Positions 13,338-26,724 of a DNA stretch of 64,000 nt are shown one piece after another. The notes under the pieces are model-generated. The model was not told the origin of the DNA. It was given only the letters and a program-made list of their open reading frames with translations, and did not search any database. Positions within the stretch are counted from its first letter, which is position 1; each line of letters opens with the position of its first letter. The DNA comes from Leucoraja ocellata (lineage: Eukaryota), in NCBI GenBank assembly GCA_036785375.1, contig JAWMAR010000283.1, forward strand, positions 310,001 through 374,000, given 5' to 3'. The position numbers were made by a program, and so were the translations under genes.

Positions 13338-13369
<32 letters not shown>
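13338..13369. repeat. (ATCA)8 microsatellite
   Basis: Direct reading. Confidence 0.95.
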
Positions 13370-13371
<2 letters not shown>

Positions 13372-13917
13372 TAGTTACTATTACCTTCCTTCTGTGGTTT
13401 ACTTCTGCTGTTACCATTTGTGTTATGACCCTCAATGATGCTATCCAGAAAACTAAGATCAACTATATTCACTCAAATCCATCTTTCATCCTCTTTATCC
13501 AAACCCCTGGCAGTTATTTCATCTGCTTGTCTGAAAATAAGCCTTACATGAGCCAAAACTTTTAATCCAAAATAGTGCAGCATCAGCAGAACTGTCTTTG
13601 GATGTGAACTGTTTCTGCAGACAATTGGTGGACATAGTCCGTCTTCACATCTCAACGAACCCCTGCAAAGTGAAGCCACACGCGGTTCAAATCCAAACTG
13701 ATGAAATGTCGGATAAAAGATCATTCACTTGAAACATTAACCCTGTACCAATGCTTTCTGCCCTTAACTGGCACCTCGTCCAAAATCAGGCCATCTGAAA
13801 AAAATTGGCTACTACTCTTTGTTGCTGTTGTTATGAAGGAAACCTGTTAGTTAATTGCATTTGACAATCTCTCAAAAATTGCCATTTGAATATCATCAGA
13901 AAATATGTTTTCTAACA

Positions 13918-14215
13918 AATAGAAACAAGGAACTGCAAATGTTGGTTGACACAAAAGGACACAAAGTGCTGGAGTAACTTAGCAGGCCAGGCAACATCTC
14001 TGGAGACCATGGATAGATGACGTTTCTGATCTGGATACGTTTTGCAGACGGCTGGTAGGGAGAAGGGGGAAAGAAAACTGGGAGAGGAGAGGCAGGAAAA
14101 AACATGCCATGATTTATCCTTCCTCTCCTCTCTCCCAGTTTTCTTTCCCCGCCCCCCCACCTACAATCCATCCGAAGAAGGGTCCCGACCTGAAACATCA
14201 CCTATCCACATTCTC
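13918..14215. mobile_element. Penelope-derived fold-back element, diverged
   Basis: Minus-orientation terminal repeat (aaggaactgcaaatg...ggagtaact) followed by plus-orientation ccgaagaagggtcccgacctgaaacatcacc. Confidence 0.75.
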
Positions 14216-14334
14216 CGATAACGTCAGTTTAAGGATAAATATTAGCCAGGATGCTACAGAGGAATTTGAGTTGTGGCAATTTTGCAGATGCATCAAAGTC
14301 GGCAGCACACACTTGCTTACTTGGCGCCATGTGT

Positions 14335-14572
14335 CACACAAGGGGAAATGGTTGTGGCTACAGAGGCCAATCTTGCCTATATGATGACCCCACCATGGGA
14401 GTTCCTCGTAGCCATGTCCTAGCCCCAGCCATCTTCAGCTGCTTCATCAACCATCTTCCTTCCAACAAGATGTCAGAAGTAGGGTTGTTCCCAGATGATT
14501 GCACAATGTTGGATTCCATTGTAATTCCACAGTACAGGAGGCAGTCCATGACTACATGTGGAAAGACATAGA
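14335..14572 (+). mobile_element. LINE reverse transcriptase core fragment (CR1/L2 group), degenerate
   Basis: GVPRSHVLAPAIFSCFINHLP...VGLFPDDCT corresponds to GVPQGSVLGP..F..FINDLP...FADD. Confidence 0.85.
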
Positions 14573-14655
14573 CAAGACCCGGCAGTTAGATAGCTCCTTG
14601 GAAACATCACATCCTGCCTCAGCTATCCTCCCTGTACTCCCATTACCTATTAGGC

Positions 14656-14864
14656 TTAGCGATACAGCATGGAAACAGGCCCTTCAACCCAGCAAGTCCG
14701 TGCTGGTCATTGGTCCGTGCCGGTCATTTTTAGGATGTGCGAGGAAACCGGAGCACCCAGAGCAAACTCACACGGTCACCGGGAGAACGCCAAAACTCCT
14801 CACTGCAGCACCCGAGGTCAGGATCGAACCTGGGTCTCGGGTGCTGCACCACTGTGTGCTGCGC
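14656..14864 (-). mobile_element. HE1-like SINE with internal deletion
   Basis: Reverse complement of SINE tail, body and head. Confidence 0.8.
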
Positions 14865-16507
14865 TTTAATTTTTGTTCCTCCATTTCCACCATGAATTGT
14901 CTCTTCTCGAACCACCTCCTCCAGACTATTTGTGACCTGCTTCTCAGATTGCTCTCTCACATTGTTTGACTTGTCTGGTTATTAAACCCTTTTCTTCAAT
15001 GCCTACCCATCAGCTGCTCCCCCCACAATAACCATTTGCCTTTTGTGGCCACTTGCCTATTGTATTTCACTCCCCCATGAAGCTCTTGCCAGGCATTCCT
15101 TGTGCACATTGAACAGAACTGTTCCAAACCAAACCGCTGCTTCAAGAAAGCCAAAAGGCTTGTTTTGGGAGACAAGCAAACAAAAAGCTCAAATAACTCG
15201 TAAGAGTTCCTTACATTATAGCAATAAAAATGTTGGCTGCTTATAATTAGAATTACCCACCTGCTCCATAGCTGGTTGGTTATTTCACTCTTGTCCATCA
15301 ACAGTAAATCAGGGGGGAGGTGGTGGCCTCTAGAAATGGTAACCAAGTAGTTTTAGAAAATGGGCACTCGTTATGAAAAACAGGTGGCAGCAAAAACAGC
15401 TTTGTAGGTATACGTACATCTTGTATTAATAAAATCTTCAAATAGCCCAAGCGAGAAGGCAAACTGATATTTAAAGGAGCAATGTCATCTTGTGGAGGTG
15501 ATAGCGGGGAGGTGATAGTGGTCTGAAGAATGTCAACTATTCCTTTTCTCCAGAAATGCCGCCCGACCCGCTAAGTTACTCCAGCATTTTGTGCCAATAT
15601 ATGATGGTGGGGACAGTTCAGAGAAACCTCATCCATCACCGAACAACAGTGTATATTTAACATTCTCTGGAGGGATTTAGCCATAATGCATTTACGTTCA
15701 CTTTCTACTGTAAAGAAAATTGTCAAGGCATAGTAAATACAACATCAACATTCCCTGCCAAGCAAGAAATGGTGGCACTTTAAACACTTATAAATGGTTA
15801 AATGGTTTAATTTAACCATTTAAATGATGACGATTTAAAACCATAAATTTATGTGGCATCAATGGCACAAATCACTGTTCTGTAAACAAAAATTTATGAA
15901 GCCTTTTCCAACACAGGCCCTTAAATACTTGTGAGCAAGGTATTAAGATGTAAAACAAGTAAGATTGGAAACATTACATATTTGAGAAGATACAGGTCAA
16001 AATTATCTGCTAATATTGTGATAAATCTAAATAGAGAATTGTATATTTAATGGTTTGTTTCCTTTGTTTGAGGGCCCATGTTTCCTTTATGAATATCTAT
16101 AGTACCAGCCGTGTGATGTATAGCACAGCGAGTCAATGTGGCACAGGTTACACGCATAAATCAACGTTAATTTTAAGGTGGGAGGCAGCAAGGAAACAGT
16201 ATTGAATATAGACAGAGAAAAATAGACTAAAACAGAGTGAAGGATGCAGTGTACACAAATAAGCAGCTTAATGCATCTTGGCACACAGTGTAAGCCTTGT
16301 AGGAGCTCGAGGAGCCTCGGGCAATCTGTGAGTTGAATAGCAATTTTATTACTTTGTCATTAAACCAATTTCACAGCAGTATTGTTTGTTAATGAGCAGC
16401 AGCAAAGGAGTGAAGATGTCACAGTGGAATAGCAGTGAGATTTGTGACCAACGACAGCATCACTGAGATGAAAAGGCCATCGAACGAAGGCTATAAAAAG
16501 GAGCAAT

Positions 16508-16590
16508 TGGGGCTGGGAGTGGGGGTGGAGTGGGGGGGTGGGGGGTTGGGGGAAGTGGTTGAGGGAAGTGGTTGAGGAGGGGTTGGAGTG
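16508..16590 (+). repeat. G-rich low-complexity tract, G-quadruplex potential
   Basis: More than six runs of 3 or more G with short loops. Confidence 0.7.
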
Positions 16591-17545
16591 AGCAGTCAGT
16601 CTGATATTTCACAGCAAATCACTAAAAACAATGTCAAAATAAAACTCGCTAAAGCAGATATAAAGAACAATGTGGTAGGCTGCGCTTTTAAACAGCTAAG
16701 TGAGGGGGAAAGAGCATCTATTTTTACTTGTGTGCGTTCTGCATTACATTTTGTAAAATAAAATGTTCTTTTTGATGGTGTCTGCATTATCACAAGTCTT
16801 CATGTATTCTGCACTTGAGTTTAGGAACTACCTTACTGAATCGCCAATTGAAGCAACTCCCACTCGCTGTTCCCTTTTATATGCGGAATACAGAAGTCTT
16901 CAAGGCAGCACCTGCCCATCGTGTAAGATTTATAGTTTAAGCCATCCAGTTAGCTTCAGTGCACACAGGGTCTAACTTAGTCTCAACACAAATTGCACTC
17001 TATAATTTAAAGGTGCCATCAAATCCAATCTACCCTGTGATGTATGCCCATTCCTAGCAGTGAAGCACCCATCATTTAGGCTCACATCTGCTGCAGTATA
17101 ACATTAGTTTAAGGTGAGGCCTTATGCAGAGCATCTACATGGTCAGTAGTACATGGTACTGTACATTCATAGAGTCATACAGCATGGAAATAGGCCCTTC
17201 GATCCAACTTGCCCATGCCGATCAAGACTCCCCATCTACACTAGCCCCACCAGCCCGCATTTGGCCCATATCCCTCTAAACCATTTAATTCCATTTTTAA
17301 CACAAAAGCTCAAATAGATTGGCATTAAAAAGCACTGTAACTTTAAATTCAAATGTTTACTTGTTAGGGTTTATCCTTTATAAAGAATACAAGGACCCGT
17401 GGTATAAATGGGCATGTGGACAATTGAAGTGTTCAAAATGTTGGAAGGAGCTTACAGACGTGATGTAGGAAACCTATGTCCATTGATAGAGGGTATTGAA
17501 AAGGATGGAACCCAGAATTAAAACCATCAAATCGAGAAATGTAGA

Positions 17546-17815
17546 GGGGCAGCCAGTGGCGCAGGACTAGAGTTGCTGCCATACAGGTTCAATCCTGACT
17601 AGAGGTACTGTCTGTATGGAGTTTTACCTTCTCCCTGTGACCATGTGGATTTTCTTCCACGCTCCAAGGATGTACAGGTTTGTAGGTTAATTGACTTCAG
17701 AAAAATTGTAAATTGCCCCAAGTGTGTAGAATAGTGTGAGTATACGGAGTGATCGCTGGTCGGTGCGGACCGCCGAAGAGCCTGTTTCCGCGCTGTATCT
17801 CTCAACTAAAGTACT
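17546..17815 (+). mobile_element. HE1-like SINE
   Basis: Same head, body and tail as 12480 copy, with deletions. Confidence 0.85.
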
Positions 17816-18061
17816 AAAGCTAATGTAAACCTGTAATTTGAATACTGAGATTGGTAGAACTTTGGAAGGGAAGTGTAAATTGAGCAAGACGGAGCCAAGT
17901 CAAATAAATAGAATTGAAATGAAGACCAGATAGGATCTAAGCAAAGGGCAATGTAGGAGTGAAGATGGGCTGAATGGGCTTCTCCTGTTGCTGATGTTCC
18001 TTTTCCAAAACATGATTGAATTGCGAGTAAGCTTTACTGGTGGTAGTTTTTCTGTTGAAGA

Positions 18062-18432
18062 GACCAGAGTGCACCCCGGCCACTCCCTCTTCTCCCCTCT
18101 CCCATCGGGCGAAATGTACATAAGTACACGCTCACCTCCAGATTCAGGGACAGTTTCTTCCCAGCTGTTATGGGGTAACTGAACCATCCTATCAACAACT
18201 AGAGAGCAGTCCAGAGCTACTATCTACCACATTGGAGACCCTCGGACTATCTTTGATCGGACTTTACTGTACTTTATCATGCTCTAAACGTTATTCCCGT
18301 TATTCCCTTTATCCTGTATGTGTACACTGTGGATTGCTCCATTGTGATCATGTATTGCCTTTCCGCTGACTGGTTCACATGCAACAAAAGCTTTTCACTG
18401 TACCTCAGTACATGTGACAATAAACTAAACTC
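18062..18432 (+). mobile_element. Rex1/Babar-like LINE 3' end
   Basis: HPGHSLFSPLPSG...RFRDSFFPAV C-terminus and tgtgacaataaactaaac tail; five copies in window. Confidence 0.82.
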
Positions 18433-21400
18433 ACCTTATTTTCCTGTTTAATTTGCCCTTGGTAGAATATGGTTAAACATTATTCCGAGCCAGCGCTCAT
18501 CTTTACAGCCCTGGGAGTTTAGCAAGACTTCTTTATAACTGGCAGGGCAAAAACCATTGGCTGACCTGTTCTAGTTGGCAACGTTTCAAGTCTCTCCCGC
18601 TCCTGGGGTACAATTGGACAGAATTCCCAGAACGATCAATTCACTTTTAGATTCCTTCCATTATACGTGGCATGTTATCCACTTTCACTGTTCCTGTGGT
18701 ATAGATAGTGCACAAATACTATATTTTTCAAAGGGATGTAATTAGCACTCACTATGTCAGGAAGAAAGGAGAGAAAATGGTGTAAAAGGGATTTGAAATG
18801 CTTGTAGTTGTTTACCAAACAGAAGACCTGCTGGCTTCACAGGCGAGAACACATTTCATAAAGGCTATCAGTAACACTCAAAGCAGCGATATAGTCTGCT
18901 TGTGGCACAGACGTTTAAGGTGGAACACCATATTTGGTAGAAGGTGAAGATAAATTGAATTAAAGAAGATTCCACAGAAGGGCTAATGTTATCAAACCTC
19001 ACTGGATCGTCTGATATGGATGGTAATTTGTGAATGTGCCAATTAATGGTTGAGATTTGCTCTATAATTTCTAAATGTCAGGAATGGAAAACTACTGTCA
19101 TTGGCTGCTCCGAGGTCTTTACTTTTGCTTAAGACTGCCAGTTACTAAAATAAAATGTTTGTATTACAGAAAATTAATCTCTGCAGCACAGTTGGAATGG
19201 CTTAAGTTGGCACCTTTTCTAGATTGGAGTTTATAAATAAAAAATCTTAAGATATTAATGTAGACCAGACAGACAGTTAAGAGGCAGTCACCATGGGGAC
19301 TAGGACTAATAGTCACCTGTCTTAAGTGGTTAGGTCTAGACATCAGTTTTTGATCCCCTGTGTGTGAAACCTTGGTCTCTATTGGTCAAACCATTATAGG
19401 TCTGCAAAGGGGAATGGAACAGCTTAATATTCCCATAAATACGAGCCAAATGTTCAAATTATATTCCAATCTTGTTGCGCACCTAATGATTAACTATATT
19501 TTAGAATTTGCTTTAAAAAGTACTAATCAGTCCTCTCATTATACACAGGTCCCTTTTCTTCAGCAAAAAAAATTCACATCGTTAAATATTGAGAAATTTA
19601 GGAACTAGCACCTCAAGGTTATCCATTATCTTTTATCTTTGCCTGGATATGAAAGTTTTATCAAAGTAATAATAATAATAATGGATGGGATTTATATCGC
19701 GCCTTTAGGTCGACTCCTTCTGTCTCTCTGTAAATGCTGAAAGATAAGTCACTTGTTCGATAATCAGGGCCACAATGGGGATAAAGAAAGTTGAAAAATC
19801 CAGCGGGGAAGGTTGACAAGTTTAAAATAGCACCCTCTTTAGGTTAGTTCTGCTACCATCATTTAACCTTGCCTAAATGCGCACAAATTATTCATGCTTT
19901 TTGTGGAAAGCTAATGTATTGACATAGTTTAATGGCATGGATTTTGGACGTGCACATTAATTATGTTGATATTTGGCAGTATTATGTAAATCCACTGTAT
20001 ACAACTTCAGCAACTGGAGAAGAAGCTATTTTGAAAAATGCACATCAGTCATAAAGATGTTAGGAAACCAGTGATAGCTCATTATATCACATTTATCCTT
20101 CTGCTCTGAGACTGGGTCATTTGGGCAAGTCACTTCAAACTAGCATGGATTTTTATTTAATTGATAAACTTGGGTTTTAGTGACAGAGTTTGGAGAGTAC
20201 AAGTAAGAAAAATATTGTAAAATCATGTGTGATGTAAATCACACAAGGGAATGGTTTTCTAGTTAGAAGTTGGGCATACAAAGAGTGCTATCTACGGATA
20301 ATTTAAAGTAGAACTTCGTCCGTTCAATTAATTCCATTCCATTAATTGAAACAAATAGTCAGAGGATAGAGGCTTTCGCACAAACATACTTGAGGTTTAA
20401 CATGAGTGTAAAGGAGGGAGAGCTCTATGCACTATTAATGTCAGACGACTCAGAAAACACAATTCGCTGGCCTCAGGGATGAACCTGACACACCACTCTA
20501 CAACCAGTATCTCCTTTCATTTGCGTTTTCTTGACAGTTAGGCTTTGTGGGTTTTGCCTTGGGATCTGCAAGAAGTCAGGTTGATCCAGTGCTCTACCAG
20601 TAGGTACAGATTTAACTCTGATTCAAATCCCATGTTGAGTGTTTGCTTTACATGATGTGCCCTAAAATACATCTCACATTGTGCACATTTAAACAAAAAG
20701 TGAAGTTTAATTTCATTGCAAAACTGTGGTTGCACATTTTGATTTGGTTGCTGAAGATCAGAACTTGTAGACAAATCCTTATGTAAATAGTGCAGAAACT
20801 AAGGCAGAATGAAATTGGTATTTTGTGTTATCTCTGAGTGGGGGCTGGTGAATGTAGGAATGATGTTCGACAATATTGATTAAATAATTATCACTCTACC
20901 CTTGTATAGAATTGCCCTGCTGTTGTTCCACTGAAAATAATTTTAAACTCTGCTAATACACAATACAGGCTGCTCCCTGTCTACAGTAATGACAGAGCAA
21001 CAACTCTCTATGGAGTCAATCAGTCCCATAATTGAGATATTTTCTACTCTGTTCGTGATTCACTGCTCTTATTCTAAATGACACTTGCAAGAGTAGTTGG
21101 AGGTCAGGCACTTCAGTTTATTGACCTGAACTAGTGGTTTCAAAGATTTGTAAGGTAGACCAAGCAGCTGACTATAAGATGGCATCAAATATATGGTTTA
21201 CTTCTCTGTATTATGAAGAGCCATGTTCAAAATAATAAGCTATTTTCAAGTTGCTTGTGTTGTGCACAATGTTTTTTTAAAACTATAATTACCTCCAGAT
21301 TGTCTTGTGTTTAATATAAAATTTGAGACTCATCGCTCTACATGTTGAGTTCAGGATTTATTAAGTCCATTAATATAATCTCTAATTCAATCAAGTAATC

Positions 21401-23732
21401 TAACACCGTCGCATAAAAGTGAGGTATTGATTATGTTAAGAGTTTATCATCATGGATGATTAATAGCGAAGCATCTTAACCACATCAGATTTATCTACAA
21501 AGATAATCGTTCACTGGTCCATCCAGAAATCTTTTTGCAAAAACATCTACCATGCACTCTGTAAATGAGAAGTCGGCCTAACGCTGCATCTACTGAATGC
21601 TGTGTGCTGGTGATATGTGTGGAGGTGAAGAGTGGAATTTACTTCAGCAATATACATGTCAAACTAAAATGTTTGGGTCTGGGCTAATGGAACTAATCCC
21701 AATAAGGAAACTTCACTCTGATTTGCTCTGTGGATCCTGAGAGAATTTTTGTTTTGTGACTGACAGACAGCCAAATATAAAGTTACCTCTCTAATCCCCA
21801 TTCTTTAGGTCTTATAGCCTTAATAAATAAAAACGGAAAAATGCTCTTGACTGTGGATAAGGCTTTACAGGTCAGCAGAAATATGAAGTGCACTTCAGGC
21901 AAGAAGTGCCATAGGGGAGGATGGAGCATTCTTTCTTAGTATGGAAATGGGGAGTATGTATGTAGTTTGGACGAGATAGTTGCCACAATAAGGCTCCTTT
22001 CATACAGGTGTGTTTATGCCCCAGGCGTGTTGGCCACAGTCCATTCAATGTACAGAAGTTAAATTGAACAATAACAACTGAATCTCGAAAGGTGAGCATC
22101 AGAAGAGATGCCTGAGAGCTGTCTTGAAGCCAACGAAAGCCTGTTGCAGTTGTCAGAGCTTGTTGATGTTGCAATGAACAATGCAGTTTTCCACCAGATT
22201 TCATGGTTCTGCCTTAGGAAAGAAAGTAAAATAGAACAGAGGAACAAAGTCCTGGTACATAAATCAGCAGCTGCTCTTTGCCAGATCAAAGGAATGACAT
22301 TCTTGCTCCTGCTCAGCTTGTCCACTTCAGGTGCTTGATAGACAGCTAACAGCTGGCCTACTGCTGATGATAACTGGACCATATTATCTTTGGGAAGATT
22401 AATAATAAAATGTACTATGACTTTAATTGGAATAACTGAAGGAAACTTGGAAGTGTAAATTACAGTATGTGAAACCCTTTACTGCACCATCAAGTTGAGC
22501 TTGTTTTATTTTCTCTCCAAACTTAGTCTGCTAATAGGTGATTCTTCTTTTATTAAGCCATACTGTAACCATTGTCAAGTTTGCCTCTGGAATGAAGCAA
22601 GGTGTTCAATCGTTAAGGTTCAAATTATTTTATTTTTATTCACTTGTCAACCAACTCCCACGCTTTCACAGTCAAGGCATTATTTAATTTGTTGTATTCC
22701 CTACAACTGTAATTACTCTGTCTCACCTTCCTATTCTTTGGCAAGATTTTAAAAATATCTACTTGCCCACGCAAAAGGTTCCACTTAAATGATAATAAGC
22801 GACAGACAAAAGTCTATTTTGCAACCATTCTTATTAAATATATTTCATTTCAAGTCTAGGGTAAGGTTTACTGGATCGAATTACAAGTTGCGTTGAAGTT
22901 TTGAAACGCAATGTTTTCTTTGAAAACGTATTAATAATTAATGCTAAAACCCTTGATTACAGTTTAATTAACTTTACCTCAATACTGTTGCATATGATTT
23001 TTTTCATTACTTTAGTTCAAGTAGTTTATTAGAGCACAAAATATTTATTAAAACAAGTTTAATCGGTGCATTTGAGCTGTAATTATGCACCAATTTAAAA
23101 AAAACTAATTTGAAAATATCTAAGTATTGATAAATTTAGGAAGATATAAATATCAACACATTTAATTAAAAGATCAATTAAATAATAGCCGTTCAAAGTT
23201 ATTTTCTTTAAACAAGCCAAATTGTTCTGATTAATTTATGGTAGTATAGTACATTAGGGAGGTAGAAAATTACTTTATGAATGAAAGAGATTAAATATGA
23301 AGATGACAAGAATATGTAGATAAATGCAGTTGTTAAAATCGAACATGCCAATTCACAAACTTTCATTCACATCGAGTGCCACAGTTGTGCATTTTCAACT
23401 GATCAATAAAAATTATATCAAGATATAAACCTATCAAATGATTGCAGACAGGCTGAATATTCCATGAGGGAAATAATCCATGGAAAATGCCTCGGGGTAA
23501 AACATAGAACAATCTGCAACTCAGACCATCATCTCCATCCTATCCCAAATCCCTGCAACAGGGCTGTGTGCCACCAGCAAAGTGTATCATGGTTTAAGAG
23601 CTGCTCCATGGGGGAGGGAAATTAAGGTTGAAGATTAAGGTCTGGAAGAAATACATTAGAACAACCTTTCACAAGCAGCAATGTTAGATTCTGTTGTGCT
23701 GCAACCTTTGAGTAATCCGAAACAAAACAAAG

Positions 23733-24066
23733 GCCTAGATGGAGTGGATGTGGAGAGGATGTTTCCACTAGTCTGAGTCTAAAACTAGAATCAGAATAAC
23801 AGGACCTACATTTAGAAAGGAGATAAGGAGGAATTTCTTTAGTCAGAGGGTGGTGAATCTGTGGAATTCATTGCCACAGACGGCTGTGGAGGTCAAGTCA
23901 ATGGATATTTTTAAGGCAGCTATTGACAGATTCTTGATTAGTACGGGTGTCGGGGTTACGGGGAGAAGGCAGGAGAATGGGGTTGAGGGGGAAATCGGCC
24001 ATGATTGAATGGTGGAATACAATTGATGGGCCGAATGGCCTAATTTCTCTTCTATAACTTATGAAC
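23733..24066 (+). mobile_element. CR1 LINE 3' fragment
   Basis: gagggtggtgaatctgtggaattcattgcc...gggccgaatggcctaatt. Confidence 0.88.
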
Positions 24067-24654
24067 CTAGAACCGCTCTCTGCAGGTCTCAGCATGTGAA
24101 CGTCCGATGGGACTCTCAGAAGCAAAGGGGCAGAATTCCCAACATAGGCAGCAGTCATCTCTATTCAACAGCACCCATAAAGCCCCCGGAGCTGGCGAAC
24201 AGGAAATAGCAGAACAAGCATGTGACTGGCAACAACCTCCATGGGAATTACTCATTCTTCTCCTTATCGAGTCCACACACAAGATTAGAAGTTGTTCAGC
24301 CACAGTTGAACACACTTCTCAGCATCTGCACACAATGGTGTCTGTCTTGTCGCTTCTTGTGCGTGGCGGTGGAAAGATTGGTGGAAACAGGGCCGTGACG
24401 TGAACGCTCTTTCCTTGACCCCAATTACTCATTACTATTAAAGTAATGTTCTGTATTTATGCTTACAATATCCTGTTGTGCTGCAGCAAGCCAGAATTTC
24501 ATTGTCCTATCTGGGTCACATGACAATAAAATCTCTTGACTTGACTTGACTAATGATTGGGCTCAATGAAGCAACTTGAGTGAGGGGCGATCAGTGAGGT
24601 CACTGAGGGATCTTGAGGGGAAGGGTGGCTGGTGGGGTCACTGAGATACTTCGA

Positions 24655-24912
24655 GGCGGTGGCACAGTGGTGCAGTGGGGGAGATGCTGCCTTACATTGC
24701 CAGAGACCCGGGTTCAATCCTGACTACGGGTGCTGTCTGTATGGAGTTTGTACGTTCTTCCTGACTGTGACTGCTTGAGTTTCCTCCCACATTCCAAAGA
24801 TGTGCAGGTTTTTGGGTTACAGGATAGAACTAGTGTACAAGTGTGCGCTGGTTGACATGTCTTTGGTGGGCCAAAGGGCCTGTTTCCACAATGTATCTCC
24901 AAAACAAAAACT
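24655..24912 (+). mobile_element. HE1-like SINE
   Basis: tggcacagtgg head, gggttcaatcc B-box, CR1-like tail. Confidence 0.85.
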
Positions 24913-24924
24913 AACGCTAAAAAT

Positions 24925-25580
24925 GTAAAAATGGGGAAAAAACTCTGACTATCTATCCTATTTGTGTTCCTCATAATTTTACATATGATCATCAGTTGAA
25001 CCACAGTCTCTGACACTGCAAATAAAACAATACTAATTTGTCCAACCTTTCCTTATAGCTGTTTTTAAGAAGGAACTGCAGATGCTGGAGAATCGAAGGT
25101 ACACAAAAAAGCTGGAGAAACTCAGCGGGTGCAGCAGCATCTATGGAGCGAAGGAAATAGGCAACGTTTCGGGCCGAAACCATTCTTCAGACTGAGGGAT
25201 TTTGGCCCGAAACGTTGCCTATTTCCTTCGCTCCATAGATGCTGCTGCACCCGCTGAGTTTCTCCAGCTTTTTTGTGTACCTTTCCTTATAGCTGTCTAA
25301 TTCAGACAATACCATGCAAACCATCCTCTCCAAAGCCTCCATGTTCTTCCTGAAATGGGGCAACCAAAACTAAACACAATACTCCAAATGTATATCCAAA
25401 GTTTATGGAGCTGCATCAGATCCTCCCGACCTTTATGCTCAGTGCCCCGACTGCTGGACAAGTAAGCACCCAGATTCTTTACCACCCTATCTACTTGTGT
25501 TGCTACTTTTAGGGAGCTACAGATTTGCACCCTAAAATCTATTGGTACATCAATGCTCCTCAGGGTCCTGCCACTTATTG
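24925..25580 (-). mobile_element. CR1 ORF2 3' fragment interrupted by a fold-back element
   Basis: Minus strand gives SLKVATQVDRVVK and SYKERLDKLVLF, typical CR1 ORF2 C-terminal motifs. Confidence 0.8.
25063..25283. mobile_element. Penelope-derived element with perfect 80-bp inverted repeat and 18-bp flanking duplication
   Basis: Arms 25096-25175 and 25204-25283 are exact reverse complements; ACCTTTCCTTATAGCTGT at 25045-25062 and 25279-25296. Confidence 0.9.
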
Positions 25581-25877
25581 TATTAATGTACTTATGTCAG
25601 TCCTGCCCAATTTTCTCAGGGTTTGTCCATTATTGTAGCTAATCGCCTGCTCCAGTGAAATGAACATTTCCAGTTTTAATCCAAGTGTCTCAAGACTGTC
25701 TTTAGCATCCACTATTATAGTTCCAGCTAAGGACTGAATGTGGCATGTTGCTGATTAATGATCCCAAATCGTCAATTGGGAGACTGTGTTCTTTATTGGG
25801 CTACAATATTATGCTACAAATGAATTACAGACATAGCTGGTTGTTCAAACCATGACACATTCACTTCATCCCTATTT

Positions 25878-26370
25878 AGGCGGCACAGTGGTGCAGCTAG
25901 TAGAGCTGCTGCCTCACAGCTCCAGTGACCTGAGTTGAATCCTGACCTCTGGTGTAGTCTGTGTGGAGTTTGCGTGTTCACCCTGTGACTGTGCACTCTG
26001 TTTCCTTTGGACGCCCCAGTTCCCGCCCCCATTCCAATGACGTGCAGGTTGGTACGTTAATTAACCCCAGTATGCTAATGAAGGGTAGAATCTAGAGGTG
26101 GGTAATGTGGGGGAAATGAAATGGGTTCAGGTAGGATTGGGTTCGGGGCGACATATTGGAATAGTTGTCGAGTTGCTGCCTTACAGCGGCAGAGTCCCGG
26201 GTTCAATCCTGACTACGGGTGTTGCCTGTATGGAGTTTGCATGTTCTCCCTGTGACCACATGGGTTTTCTCTGCTCCAGATTCTTCCCACACTCCAAAGA
26301 AGTTCAGGTTAATTGACTATGGTAAAAATTGTATGTAAGATAGTGCTAGTGTACGGGGTGATCACTGGTC
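25878..26370 (+). mobile_element. Two tandem HE1-like SINEs (about 25878-26145 and 26146-26370)
   Basis: Two tRNA-like heads each followed by the V-SINE-like body. Confidence 0.82.
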
Positions 26371-26724
26371 ACTTACAATGAATACATCAATAGAGCCATA
26401 GTCAGATAGCGTGGAAACGGGCCCATCAACCAAAATTGTCCATGTCGACCAACATGCCCCATCTACACTAGTGTCATCACATCATGCCTGGACCCTCTGG
26501 TGGACCTCATATTCACTGGTTAAGGTTCATTACGATCATTGGGATTGTTCTGTAGATCACCAGCTGGTGGGATATTGATAAGCAAATCTGCAGGAAAATT
26601 GCCGAGATGCACAATGGACACAGTGAAGCAATGATGGAATGACTTTAGAGACGTTAAAGTTTAAAGTGATGGGAATGTTAAGAGACTTTAAAGTTACTAA
26701 GGTCATTCCATTATTGCTTCACAG

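Noticed and set aside
13338-13369. (ATCA)n read as tandem PBX TGATTGAT sites
   Set aside because: Common microsatellite or retroelement tail; motif match is trivial
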